DNA of 64,000 bases, from positions 18,166-82,165 of the forward strand of contig WELA01003469.1 in assembly GCA_009602735.1 (NCBI GenBank). Direction: 5' to 3'. Shown here piece after piece: positions 1 through 12,834 of the stretch. The notes under the pieces are model-generated. The model had not been told where the DNA came from and made no database searches. It saw nothing but the letters and a program-made list of their open reading frames with translations. The first letter of the stretch is position 1. Every line of letters begins with the position of its first letter. This DNA comes from Mesotaenium endlicherianum. Its lineage: Eukaryota. The position numbers and the translations under genes were made by a program.

Positions 1-3
1 GTG

Positions 4-45
<42 letters not shown>

Positions 46-790
46 TTACATGGGTTGCGCTCGCGCTGCCAGTTCCCCCTGTTGCTTCTTCATGTGTGTG
101 CTTGCGCATGGGCGCGCTCTCTTGTTTGCGCGCGCGTTGCGAGTGCCCCCTGTTGCTTCTCCATGTGCGTGCCTGCGCATGGGCGCGCGCTCTCTCTTGA
201 GCGTGCATTGCCAGTACCCCTGTTGCTTCTTCATGTGCGTGCTTGCGCATAGGCGCGCGCTCTCTTTTCTTTCCTTTTCCGCCTCTCTTTTGCCCCTGCA
301 TTTGCGTGCTTTCGCTTGCGCGCACGTTCTTTTGCTCCCTCACTCTGGCCAATCTTTTTGTGTCTCCGCGCACAGCGATCGTGCGTCGCTTCTTGCTCCC
401 CCTGTCGCGCCTCCACGTGCGCGCCTGCGCATGCAGGCGCTCTCTCTCTCCCTCCCTCTAGCCTCTGTTCCTTTGTGTGCGTTGGCGCTGCCTGTCCCTC
501 CTCTTGTCCATTGCTCCGTGTTGTTCCTCCTTGTATGCGTGTGTGCTTGTTTGCGCGCTTTCTCTCTCCCTCCTTCCAACCTCTCTTTCTCTGTTTGCAC
601 GTGAACAGTAATGTGCGCGCCCGCGCGTGCGCGCTGTTCCTCCCCTTCCTCTGGCCTCTCTTTCTCCATCTGCGTGCGCGCTGCCAGTTTCCCCTCTTGT
701 CCATTGCTCCCTCTTGCACCTCCATGTGCGCGCCTGTCTTGACGCACGCGCTCAGTCTCCCTTCCTTTGCGTCTGCGCGCACAACCATGT
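1..790. repeat. (CT)n microsatellite followed by a CT/GC-rich degenerate minisatellite
   Basis: (CT)n at about 7-41. Three copies of a ~71-bp unit (gccagttccccctgttgcttcttcatgtgtgtgcttgcgcatgggcgcgc...) at about 68-270, then looser copies. The overlapping ORFs here are low-complexity. Confidence 0.75.
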
Positions 791-1663
791 GTTGGTGATC
801 AGCAGACGTCTGCGGGTGGCTGCTGGCTGCTGTCCTGGAGGCGTGCGCGCATGTGCGTGTGTGCTGTTGGGCAATGGGCTACGGGTTTCCTTTTATTGTC
901 ATGTAGCAAGCTTCATGTGGCTGCCGTGAGTCACTTTGTCATGCTGGTGATATTTATCTGAGATTAGAGTATGTGGTTAGATTGTCTCAAGAAGCCAGTT
1001 CAACAACAAGCACTCGGTGCTGCCACTACTCTGTCAGATTTCCCCGGAGGTTCAGGTCATATTTGTTGCCCCGCTCCTCTTAGTGTAGTATTTAGTATGC
1101 ATATTGTTGAGGTACAATATAGTGAAGGCAACAAGAACCATGGACGCAACTCTTCAACATGCACTTTTATGAATTTTGGAATCATGCACAAGTTACGACT
1201 TGTTGTATTTGGCATTTAAACCACGTGCATGCGTAGTTGCATGTATCTTGTCTGTCATGGTTTATTGACTCGAGGTCGACGCTCAAAACTGAGCTACACA
1301 TGTGTCAACCGTCAACATAGGAGAAACTACTTTTATTTGACTTCACGCATCCACATGTTGGATCTTTTTCAAATTCAAGTCATCAAAGTGGAGCGCGTCG
1401 AGTCACCTTTTTATTGGCACCCCTTTCGCGTCATTTGGTTGTATTGAGGGAGATATGAGCAATCTAGTTATGCCACCTACCGGCCCTTAGCGCCACCCAC
1501 ACCAGCGCTGCTGCCGCCACTGCCGCTGCTACCATCGTCGATGCAGCCCGCACAGTCGCAGCTGTCGCTCGAGCCGCATCTCGCATCCGCGCGCTGCACT
1601 CGGGCCCGAGGCTGAGAACTCTAAAGACTCGAACGATCGCTCCGACGTGCGATTGCGCCAGGA

Positions 1664-2990
1664 TGAAATGAATTGAGTCACTTATAAGCGATAACAATCA
1701 ATAGAAGATTCTTATATCATGAAGTAATCTTTATGCATGGTAGTTTTTGCTTAACTTAATAAAAAGCAAAAGACCACACAACTAGTAGTAGGCAATACTC
1801 ACAAGTCAAATGCCAGTTATGTGCATCAATCATGCAATCAGCAAACTCTTACATAAGCAAGGCTAGTAAGTTGTTCGTGTAACGGCTTGCAGCCTTGGAT
1901 TCAGATGTTTTCTCAGTAATTTGTCCGGAGAGAGTAGGCCTCATTTCCCAATGTCGAACTCGAGAGCATGACCCAACCTATGTACATGGATCGAGCTTAC
2001 TATTCAACGGCAAGTGTGGTGGCACCTCCTACTCGGGATACCAAAACCATTATAACTAATATATAAAACAACCCAAGTCAAATAAGGACGACGTAGTACG
2101 CCGAGACGACCCCCAACACCCCAAGTGCACGCCCCTACTCTCCCTAAAACCCTAGCAACCCCGTGGGCATACCCAGCGGGGGCTGCCTATCGTACGTGAT
2201 GACTAGGCCACAAGCAACTACAGCTCCCACTTGGTACCAGCGCCAACCCAACGAGCGAGGGAACTCGTGGGTCGACCTCCACACGTGTGGGCGGCAGGAC
2301 CACGTGTGAAAGTAGAAGGAAATGCGTGGAATCCCGGCGGAACCTCACAACTGCTCAACAGCAAAACCTAAAGAGCGGATCATAGGTCCAAGTGTTTGCT
2401 GAAGTCGTTTGTGGACTAGGTCATCCTCACCTACCACCCTAACCCGACTAACCACTAGCCTGTCAACGCCCACCACCCCAGATCAACTGGACCAGACATG
2501 CAGGAGACTCGACGGCATAAAGCATGACATACCGCGCACCACCACCTTTGAGCGAAAGGCGATGGAGATGCAACTGGGATGCAAGGAGGAGGAGGAGTCA
2601 AAGCCATCCCACGGACCACGGCATTGAAACCCCTCAGACGCCCACAGGCCCATGGTCCAGGCCCAGGCCGGTGGGAGGGCCTGGATTGACTAACTACAAG
2701 AGAGTGCAGAGCCGAGCCGGGCATGAAGCAGTCCAGACCCAGTCACCGATATCGTGACAAAGCTGGCCCAGTCGCTCACAACGTGATGTCAGCCCGCCTT
2801 TGCCAGCTCATGCTGCCCACGCACTCTACCAGTCCCCACCTGCGCAGCAGCCTGCAACCTCTTCAATCACCATCCGCCTAAGGCGTCATCTGGCCATTCA
2901 TCTATCACATTAGATGCATAACTAGGCAGTTTGCTGGTACTGCATAAGGTGGTCAGCTGGCTGTCAAAGAATGTATCAGTAAGCTGACCC
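1664..2990 (-). mobile_element. Diverged family-A LTR fragment, interrupted by an unrelated insertion at about 2040-2870
   Basis: Reverse complement of the LTR 3' end (tgaaatgaat) at 1664. LTR core motifs run to about 2038 and resume at about 2870-2990 (gtcatctggccattcatc, gtcagctggctgtcaaagaa). Confidence 0.75.
2040..2530 (+). repeat. Unclassified dispersed repeat X, copy 1
   Basis: Aligns by eye with the reverse complement of about 4790-5280, e.g. cctcacctaccaccctaaccc, ctgctcaacagca, gggtcgacctccaca. Confidence 0.6.
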
Positions 2991-2991
2991 A

Positions 2992-4238
2992 AAGTGTGAT
3001 TTCTTTAAGGACAGTATTGAATTCTTGGGCCACGTTGTCGGTAAGGAAAGCATCAGTGTGGATCCTAAGAAAGTCCAAACCATAAGGGACTGGCCAGTAT
3101 CTCAATCTGTCTCAGAAGTTAGCTCCTTCCTACAGGAGATTTTTTGAGAATGATTCCACAAAGGCCAGTAAATTGACTGACCTCCCTAAAAAGGACATAG
3201 GGTATGTATGGGGGAAAGAGCAGCAACCTCCCTTCCAGACCCTTAAAGATGCTTTGTGCTCTGCCCCTATTCTCGCTGTATATGATCCCAGCAAACCTGT
3301 GCATGTGGTCACTGACGCTTCTTACTTTGCTATGGGTGCGATTTTGTTGCAGCCTGCTGACCACACTACAAAGGATGGTGAGATAAAGCAAGAGTGGCAT
3401 CTTGTGCTGTATAACTCTATGAAATTTAATCCAGGTGAGTTTAATTTTTTTGTGCATGACAAGGAGTTGTTGGCTATTATGCATGTTCTCAAACAGTAGA
3501 GGGCCTACTTGCATGGGAAAGCTTCCAAGGTGATTACGGTTCACCTTGCTCTGACTCATTTTCAGAAGAAGTCCAAGCTGTTCAGGAGGGAGAATTGCTG
3601 GAGCCAAATGCTGGAGCAGTTCCAAGATCAAATTGGTTACAAACTAGGGAGGTTGAATCTTGATGATGCTCTCTCTAGAAGACCTGACTTGCAAGAAAGG
3701 AACTTTGATCAACATTCTGTAGACAAAGCCCTTCGTGCTCTCACTTCACTTAATGAAAAAGTCCTTCCTTGAACAACTTAGAAAAGCCTACTTTTCTGAC
3801 CCAACATTTGAGCCCATCCCCACTGATGGTGCGAGTCTTGCAACTGCACTCAAGTTTTGGCTGAAAGGAGGGATTTGGGTAAAAGAAACCACTTCAAGAA
3901 GGCTGAAGCTGGTTATTTCAAATAACGTGGAATTTGTTACTGAGTGAGGCTCATGATAGTCTACTGGGTGGGCATTTAGGGCAGGCCAAAACTGTTGGCA
4001 AATTGGCAAACACTACCACTGGGAAGGTTTGCCTCGAGAGGCCTTAAAATATGTTATGTCCCGTGATCAGTGTCAGAAGAATAAGTCCAGACACACACCA
4101 CCCAAGGGTTGGTTAGAACCATTACCTAATCCAACTGGGAGATTAGAAACCATATCAATGGATTGAGTGGTTACACTACCAATAACCGCCAATAGGCATG
4201 ATTCTATTCTGGTAGTAGTGGATAAGCTGGCAAAGTAG
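2992..4238 (+). pseudogene. Family-A pol fragment (RT C-terminus, RNase H, integrase N-terminus), disrupted
   Basis: Peptides such as [30 protein letters not shown] and DALSRRPD match the intact pol at 52803-56519. Stops and frameshifts are present. Confidence 0.9.
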
Positions 4239-4239
4239 A

Positions 4240-4745
4240 TAAGCTGACTGCCGTACTCGGTATCAGTGAATTGCCTAGTAATGCATCCAAGTGTGATAAA
4301 CTAGATGAGTGGCCAGATGACACCCTTGGGGTGGATGGCGATTCGGGATGATGCGAGATGGCTCTGGATTTGGTTAGCCAAGGTCCTATCGACATGGTTA
4401 ACTCTCGGGTAGGCGGTGCTATCGCAGTTGCCATTGAACAGTAAACTCATTCCATGTACATAGGTTAGGTCATGCTCTCGAGTTCGGCGTTAGGAAATGA
4501 GGCCAACTCTATCCGGACTGTTTACCAAAGGAACATCTGAATCTAAGGTTGCAAGTCGTTACACGAACAGCTTACTAGCCTTGCTTATGTTGAGTTTACT
4601 GATTGCATGATTGATGCTCGTTACGTGCATTTGACTTATGAGTATTGCTCAGTGCTCACGCTAGTTTTGTGGTCTTTCGCTGAAAAATAAATTAACCAGA
4701 AAACATCATAAAGATTACTTGCTGATGTATACATCCTTTTATTAA
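4240..4745 (+). mobile_element. Family-A LTR fragment
   Basis: Matches the LTR core (gagtggccagatgac...cagtaaactcattccatgtacat...gccttgcttatg). Confidence 0.8.
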
Positions 4746-4789
4746 AAACAGTCGATTTAAGTACCGAGCTAGGTACTAAAATAGGGTGT

Positions 4790-5280
4790 CATGCCCGTCC
4801 TTGTCGAGTCCCTTCGGTGTCTGGTGGGAGCACATACGGGTGGAGGGCCAATGACGAGACTAGTGGTTTGTTGGGTTAGGGTGGTAGGTGAGGATGGTAG
4901 TGTGGGCAGTAGTGGTGAACACTGGGACCCATGATCTGCTCACGAGGATCTGCTGTTGAGCAGCTGTGAGGCTCCTTCCAGATCACGCGCATAGGTCTTC
5001 CCTCCATGTGTGGCGTTGCCGCCCCCACATGTGGAGGTCGACCCTCAGGTTTGCTCGCCTGAAGGCTTGGTGCGGGTACTCAGTGGGATCCCCTACCGTC
5101 CATAGCTAGGTTGTCACGTACGGTAGACAATCCCGACGAGTATGCCCCCGAGATTGCTAGGGGATAGAGAGGGTAAGGGATGAGTGGGGGTGTCAAGTCA
5201 CTTGGGGATAGGTCGCACATGTTTGGTCGACCTTTGGTAGATTTTCTTGAAATTTCTATATAATTGGATTTGTGTGAGTA
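4790..5280 (-). repeat. Unclassified dispersed repeat X, copy 2 (inverted)
   Basis: Diverged reverse-complement match to 2040-2530. Confidence 0.6.
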
Positions 5281-6348
5281 GCGACGCGATGACGCGTCAA
5301 TCGATGCAGTTAGACTTTTGTTTCGTTCGAGTAGTGTTTGGGCATAGGAGAGGGCATGCTACTTAGGCCGCGAGCTAACATCATAAAGGTGTTAGCTTTG
5401 TATGTTTGTTTACATGAGAGAGATGCTTTACTTGTTTGTCGCGGCCTAATGTTGTGTTACGTGATTGTGCTTCCTCGTCCTCCTCACTTTTAGTGTAGGA
5501 TGCTTGTGTAACCACACACAAACACACGTTAACTTGCGAATCCGTTGCTCTCACTCGCGGCCGTAACAATGCTTATTGACTCCTATTCCTCTCGTTCTTT
5601 GTCTCACTGATTACTAGGCATTTGGGTGTGCACTTCCTCGCTTTAGCTCGTCCATAGCTCATTTTTTGCTCTCGCCAGTAGTTGCCCGTTTGCCCAGGAG
5701 TGCCCAGCTCAGTTTCCTGTTATTCTTTTCGCTTTTGTGGCTAACACGCTGCGGGCTTTTTCCCCTAAAAGGGGGGGTTTTTACCCAAAGCACATAGGTC
5801 AGTCGCTTGAGTTCCCAATCCAGGGAGTAGTCCCTCCCCAGTAATTGTCACCCGCGATTAGGGGCCTTTCTTCCCTCGGTAATATCGATGCCTAGCGTCT
5901 GCCGACAGTGCCAATTGCGACAAGAGTAGCACCTGTAAAGTCTCGCCGACCTCGTTCATCACACTAATATCATGCGATGATAGTCTGCCTTAGGTGTCCT
6001 CGGCCTTGAATTTATCGTTTGAAAGTGATCGTCGATTGTCAATACCTTATTGTTAGACATTCAATACCTTATTGTTAATCATTGTAAACAACACGTTATC
6101 TATCAGTTAAAAATATACCTTAAGGAGCACGTCAAGTGGTGGTGACCATGTGTGAATAACCATGATAGGTTGACTATCATAATTTGGTTCCCAGGGTGAC
6201 ATCTAGAGAGGATAGTCCTTGTCAACCGGACAAATGACAAACCAGACATAAGGACACATTAGGAAGGATATGTGTCGATAAGGAGTGGTAGGGCATCAAT
6301 TGATCTGAAGAAAACACACAACCGAATATGAATCAACTTGTTACTTCT

Positions 6349-6912
6349 TGTAATGAACCTGCCTTATAAAGTTCATTGCTCAGTCTGCTGAACTTTAATT
6401 CATATCAATTTTGCTAAACTTTTAGTAATATTCAGTATAATGACTCAGCCGAGAGCAGCAAGCTGAAGCCCACTATAGGTCAGCTTGCTGACACATTCTT
6501 TGACATTCAGCTGGCTGCCGCACTCGGTATCCGTGAACTGCCTAGTAATGCACCTAAGTGTGATATGTCGGATGAGTGGCCAGATGAGACCCTTAGGTGG
6601 ATGGCAATTTGGAATGATGGGAGGAAGATGGCTGTGAATTTGGTTAGCCGAGGTCCTATCGACGTAGTTAACTCTCGGGTAGGCGGTGCCATCACACTTG
6701 CCGTTGAACAGTAAACTCATTCCATGTACATAAGCTAGGTTACGTCTCAAGTTTGGCGTTGGAAAACAAGGCCAACTCGATGTACTGCTTATTGAGGGAA
6801 TATCTGAATCCAAGGCTAGAAGCCATTACACAAATTACTTCTTACCTTGCTTTATGGATGAGCTTACTGATGGCATGATTGATGTTAGTTTATTTGCAAT
6901 TGACTTGTAGCT
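6349..6912 (+). mobile_element. Family-A LTR, 3'-truncated
   Basis: Starts TGTAATGAA at 6349, has the 26-bp U3 repeat-like motif and the LTR core, and abuts the tandem array. Confidence 0.85.
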
Positions 6913-8480
6913 ATTGAGGGTTGTATTATGAATGGATGTGGGATTTAGGGACTTGGAACACTCTATAATTCCTATACAAAAACATGCAATGATTGAACAT
7001 AGTCACAAGGTTTAGACTAGACCAGTGAAAAAATTGATAAGTTGCTAGCCACATGGGTACTTAGGGGCAACTCGACGAGATCGAGCGCAACTTGCCATGT
7101 TATAGTCATGGAGGGTTGAATTTTGAATAGATGTGGGAACTGGGGACTTGGAACACTCTCTCATCCCCATAAAAAGACATGCAATGACTGAACATAGTCA
7201 CAAGGTTTGGACTAGGCTAGTGAAAATGTTAATAAGTTGCTAGCTGAATGGGTACTGAGGGGCAACTCGACCAGATCAAGTGTAACTTGCTCCGAGGTAG
7301 CTATGGAGAGTTGAATTATGAATGGATTTTAAAATTAGGGGCTTGGCATACTCACTAATCTTCATACAAACACACTTAATCACTCACCACAGTGACGAGG
7401 CTTTAACAAGGTCAGTGAAGTTATTCGAGCAGGTAATTAGGAGCAAATGGAGGAGATCGAGCGCAACTGGCGCTCTTGCAATTATGAAGGATTGTAATAC
7501 TAATGGTTGTGGAATCTAGAGGCTTGCCATACTCCCTAATACCCGTAAAGAGACATGCAATCAATCACCACAATGACAAAGCTTTGACACGACCAGTGAA
7601 AATGCAAAAGTATATTTTCCTAGCGGGTAATTAAGGGCAAATTAAGAAAATCGAGCGCAATTGGCGCTCTTGCAACTATGGAGGGTTGTAACATTAATGC
7701 AAGTGGAAGGTGGAGGCTTGGCATACTCCCTAATACTGTGAAAAAACATGCAAATACTCACCACAGTGACAAGGCTTTGACAAGGACAATAAAAATGCAA
7801 AAACAAATTATTCGAGCGGGGAGTTAAGGCAAGTTGTGGATATCGAGCGCAATTGGCGCTCTTACAACTATGGAGGGTATACTAGATGTGGGAATTAGAG
7901 GCTTGTCATACTCCCTACTAACCATTTAAAATCATGCAATGACTCAACATAGAGCCAAGGCTTTGATAAGAATTGTGAAAATGCAGAAATATTATTTGAG
8001 TGGGGAGTTAGGGGCAAATTGAGGACGATGAGCGCAATTGGCGCTCTTGCAACTATGGAGGACAGTAATATTGTTGAATGTGGGAGCTAGAGGCTTGAAG
8101 TACTCCCCAATACTTGTACAAAGACATGCAAACTCTCACCACAATGACTAGGCGTTGACATTGCAAATGCAGAAACAGATGATCCAATCAGGGAGTTAGG
8201 GGCAAATTGAGGAGATCAAGCGCAGCTGGCGCTCTTGCAACTGTAACATTAATGGATGTGGGACTTAGAGGCTTTTCATACTCCCTAATAATCATAACAA
8301 GACATGCAATGACACACCATAGTGCCAAGGCTTTGACAAGGATAATGGAAATGCAGCGGAGAGTTAGTGGCAAATTGAGGTGTTCGAGCGCAACTACCGC
8401 TCTTGTAGCTATGAAGAGTTGTAACATTAAAGAATGTTAGAGTGAAGCTTGCATACTCCTTAGTTGTAATTAAAATACAT
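6912..8480. repeat. Diverged tandem array of ~190-bp monomers, about 8 copies
   Basis: The landmark gagcgcaa, or a variant of it, recurs near 7083, 7278, 7459, 7653, 7845, 8030, 8219 and 8386. Shared blocks include agaggcttggcatactccc, acatgcaat and caaggctttgaca. Confidence 0.9.
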
Positions 8481-9654
8481 TGCGACATCGATATGAACAA
8501 AGTAAGTCAAAGACAGGGAGACAAGTGCTACAATTTTTTTACGTTGCGATTTAAATCAACTCTATTAACTTCATTGCAATTATTTGTCGCACTCTGCGCC
8601 CGGCTTGCAATTCTTGCAAATCTTTTAAGAAAGTAAAAAAACCGCAGCCAGTTAGCACCCCATGCTTTGCGACACTACACTACAACCTGTTCCCAATAAC
8701 TAATGAAACCTTTTCTTTTTGTTCATCACCTAGTCCAAATGCGTGTGTAGAACCTTGTGCACAATCTATTCGATAATAAATAATGTGACATGGTTCCAGT
8801 GGCTAGTAGTCAAGTGAATCAAGAAGCTGCATCCATTTGAATGGAACTAGGACCCACCCGTGCTAATGGTTGCATGTTGGCTGCTGACACGCTCATTGTC
8901 AGTGGACGGTGCACGAGTGGATGGGATGGACACAAATTGACACATTCGCAAACTACCTCACAGATCGCGAGCCATCTCACGATTAGTAGTGGTAGGGAAG
9001 ACCTATTTGTCATCATCTGTAGTAAGTCAATGTGCCTAATGTTGCAGCAAAATACTCCATTTGGTCGCTCGCTGTATGTCGTCGGAGTACTAACGACCCG
9101 TAATTTCAAAAAAATTGCCGGCTACCGCCGGTAGTCGTCCAAGTTTCGGACAAGGTACTATTGGGGTCTCTTGCCCCAAGGTATCGCCTCCTGTTCCCCC
9201 TCTGTCGCCTTCACTTCGATGCCCGTTCGCCCTCGAGCCCTATATACATACAGTCTCGACTCTCGAGGGACTGGACTGGACTGACGCCACACTGGCAGTT
9301 GCAGCTTGTTACAGGCCCGTCACCAGCGGACAAGTGAAAGAGAGCAGTTCCGTCAACCTTCGGACGTTTGGGTCGTATAAGAGCCGGTTTAGAGTGGGCA
9401 CTGGCGACGAAGTTCTATTCCGCTTATTGCGCTATTCCGGTTAGGGCGCTAACGAAATTTCAACTTTTGGTTTACAATGAGCAACGTCCCTACTATTCCA
9501 TCGACCGTCAAATTCCTCTACTACATGAGTCGCGATTAGCATCTCCTTTCTTTAGCGGGGGGATAGGTCACACCCAGACAAGTGTTTCAATTGTGGCAAC
9601 AACTTACGCGACAAAGTACAGTAGAAGGGCTTGACGAGTCGATTTTGACGTGTA

Positions 9655-10751
9655 CGGTTACGTGTTTGGACTCACCAACGCGCCAACAACTTTTATGATT
9701 ATGATGAACACCATATTTCAGCCCATGTTGGACAAGTGTGTGGTGGTATTTATTGTCGACATTCTGATCTACAGCAAGACCCTTGAAGAGCACGCAAGAC
9801 ACTTGAAAAAAGTCCTCGAAGTCTTAAGCAAAACAACTATTTGCAAAGGAGTCAAAGTGCGAGTTTGCTAAACAAGAAGTGGACTTCCTAGGTCTCCATG
9901 CGATCGCTGATGGCATCAAGATGAATCCCAAGAAGACTACGGTGGTGGAGGAATGGCCAACCTCCACGATCAAGAAAGAACTCTAATCATTTTTGGGATT
10001 TGCCAATTGGTACAGGAGATTCATCCAAAGCTTCTCCCACATAGCAGCCTCCCTCATGGACTTACTCAAGAAGGACAAGCCATATGTTTGGACCAAGAAA
10101 GAGGAGGAAGCATACCAACAACTGAAGCAAAGATTGACGACATCCCCAATGCTCACACTCCCAAGTCCAAATCCAGATTGGCCCCTTCCACGTCATCACC
10201 GATGCATCTTTCTATGCAATAGGAACAATTTTGCTTCAAGACCAAGGCAAGGGACTGCAACCCATTGCCTACGAGTCAAGGAAGCTACATCAAGCCGAGC
10301 AAATTTATACAATCACTGAGCGAGAGGCGTTGGCGATTATACATGCCTTGAATATTTGGCTCTGCAACGTTGAAGGACGCAAGGTGCTGATCACTATGGA
10401 CCACGAGGCGTTGAAGCACCTCCAGACGCAGCCTTATCTCTCAAGAAGACAAGCAAGATGGAGCGGCTACCTGCAACAATACAACATCGAGATTCAGTAC
10501 CAGTCCGGCAAGACAAATCCAGCCGACCCCCTTTCAAGGTTACAAGTAAACTCGATTACGACAACCTTGCATATGGATTTGGAGGCAAGATTTTCAGCCG
10601 CTTATGGAGAAGACCCCTGTTACAAGAATGAAGAAGCAGCCTTGGACCCATACAAGGAGCAAGAGGGCAATTATTGGGTGAGGCAAGACACGGACCAGAG
10701 ATGTGTTCCTAATGACTTGGACCTCCGGCTCTTCCTTCTCCGTGAAGCACG
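9655..10751 (+). pseudogene. Ty3/Gypsy RT-RNase H fragment from a second family
   Basis: [57 protein letters not shown]. Frameshifted, and the sequence is distinct from family A. Confidence 0.9.
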
Positions 10752-12830
10752 TGAAATAAATTGACTTACCAATAGGCTATTAACATTAAACAAAAGATTT
10801 TTATATCAGCATTAATCTTTATAGTAATTTTGCTCACCAATTTAACAGCAAAAGACAATACACTAGCGGTAGCTAATACTCATAAGTCAAATGCAAGTAA
10901 ACGAGCATCAATCATGTTGTAGTGATTTGAGTTATAATGTATTAGTTTGGTTTTATGTAAATGCTTTTGAAGATATTTGGAGTAGTATTGTGTGGATTCA
11001 AGTGTGAATAGATACTCTAGTGACTTGGTTTATGTCCTTTGAACCTTCCACGGCATTTTCAAAGTTAGAGGAAGGACCTAGAAGAACTCCATGTGGCAAA
11101 AGTCAAATGTGCCATTTTAGATCAAAAGGACATGTGTACATTATTCTAGAAAGAGGTGGCAAATTTTGGGATATGTTGGGTGCCAACACATCAACATGCA
11201 CCTTCCTAGAAATTACTTATGTAGCAAGTATATAGACAAGAGCTAGAACATAGAAAGGCATTCCAGAATCACCCTTGTACTTGCCTGAAATGAATCGACT
11301 TACCAATAGGCCATGTAGTGATTTGAGTTATAATATATTAGTTTGCATATACTTTCATGCTTTTGAATATATTTGGAGTAGTATTGTGTGGCGTCAAGTG
11401 TGAATAGATACTCTAGTGACTTGGTTCATGTCCTTTGAACCTTCTAAGGCATTTTCGAAGTTAGAGGAAGGACCTAGAAGAACTCCATGTGGCAAAAGTC
11501 AAATGTGCCATTTTTAGGTCAAAAGGACATGTGTACATTATTCTAGAAAGAGGTGGCAAGTTTTGGGATGTGTTGGGTGCCAACACATCAACATGCATTT
11601 TCCTAGAAATTACTTATGTAGCAAGTATATGAACAAGAGCTAGAACATAGAAAGACATTCGAGAATCACTCTTGTACTTGCCAAATTCAAGGCTAGGAGA
11701 CAGTGCATATCAATGGCTTCTCGCCTTGGATTCAGATCTCTCTCAGTAAGCAGTACAAGAGAGTTGGCCTCGTTTCCGAATGTCGAACTCGAGAGAAATC
11801 CTAGCATATGTACATGGAATGAGTATACTGTTCAACGGCCAATGCGATGGCACCGCCTACCCGGGCGTTAACCGCGTTGGTAGGACCTCGGTTAACCAAA
11901 TCCACCACCATCACCCATCATCCCGAATCGCCATCCATCCCAAGGATGTCATCTGGCCATTCATCTAGCACATCACACTTAGATTCATATCTAGGCACTT
12001 TGCTGCTACCGAGTACAAACGTCAGCTGGCTGTCAAAGAACGTGTCAGCAAGCTAATCTAAGTTGACTTCAGCTTGCTGCTCTCGGCTGAGTCATTAATC
12101 CGATTAGTTTATAAAGTCCAGCAGACTCAACATTAACTAAAGTTTAGCGGGCTGAACTTATTTAACTATTACATTTAAATGAATATACTGATTCATTACA
12201 ATCCCTCTAACTAAAATTGTTGTCGCCTCGACAACATTAAACTGTCAACTTATCTGGTCGGGGAACTAACAAAATTAACCCCCCATTGCTTGCCTCTTGC
12301 TTCAACACTATTGCCTAGCTGTGGGGATCACTAGTGACAGTGAACTGTCACCTCCACCCTCAGTCCACGTTTTGTGGGGTGCAAACAGAGAGACCTCCAG
12401 CAAGGCTTAACTGGAGGATGATTTTGATGTTTAGGGGGTTGTTCGTGGGACTTCAGGATCAGGAGAGTGAGATCTGGACCTAGATCTGGATAGCCCTCTA
12501 AGTCTGTTAGCTGGCCTTCTAAAAAACCCTGTTTGTTCTAAAATTGGGCCTCGAGGAGAACGTAGGACTGTAGCCTGCTCTTCAACCACCTGGGTGTTGA
12601 TGCCCACATAGAGGTGGTGGCCAGCATACCTCTCGCTACTCCGTGTGTCCCTCTTCTGGTACCCCTGTCCTCTGAAAATTTCGGCCTTTCTCTGTTGCCA
12701 AGAATAGTCAAATCAACTTCTTCCCCTGCTTGGGCAGGTGGACTGGGAGAACAAGTGCGGGGTCCTGTTGCCTCCATAATAGGGGTCACATTCTATACAC
12801 CTGATCTTGGCGCCCTAAGAGTCCCTGCTT
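10752..12830 (-). mobile_element. 3' end of a family-A element: ORF3 C-terminus, hairpin, PPT and an interrupted 3' LTR
   Basis: LTR 5' end (reverse complement of tgtaatgaat) at 12200, PPT-like atccctctaact next to it, hairpin tgttgtcgcctcgacaaca. The 12538-12789 peptide TGPRTCSPSPPAQAGEEVDLTILG matches ORF3. LTR 3' end at 10752. Confidence 0.85.
10918..11682 (+). repeat. Two ~370-bp direct repeats (10918-11285 and 11314-11682), probably the 5' part of a different LTR ('family B')
   Basis: Both start tgtagtgatttg and end cttgtacttgcc. They are separated by a 28-bp family-A LTR terminus. Confidence 0.8.
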
Positions 12831-12834
12831 CTGC

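Noticed and set aside
1..961. Overlapping Cys/Leu/Arg-rich ORFs
   Set aside because: Translations of simple repeats.
6912..8480. CRISPR-like array
   Set aside because: Whole monomers are homologous with no unique spacers, there are no cas genes, and the context is eukaryotic.
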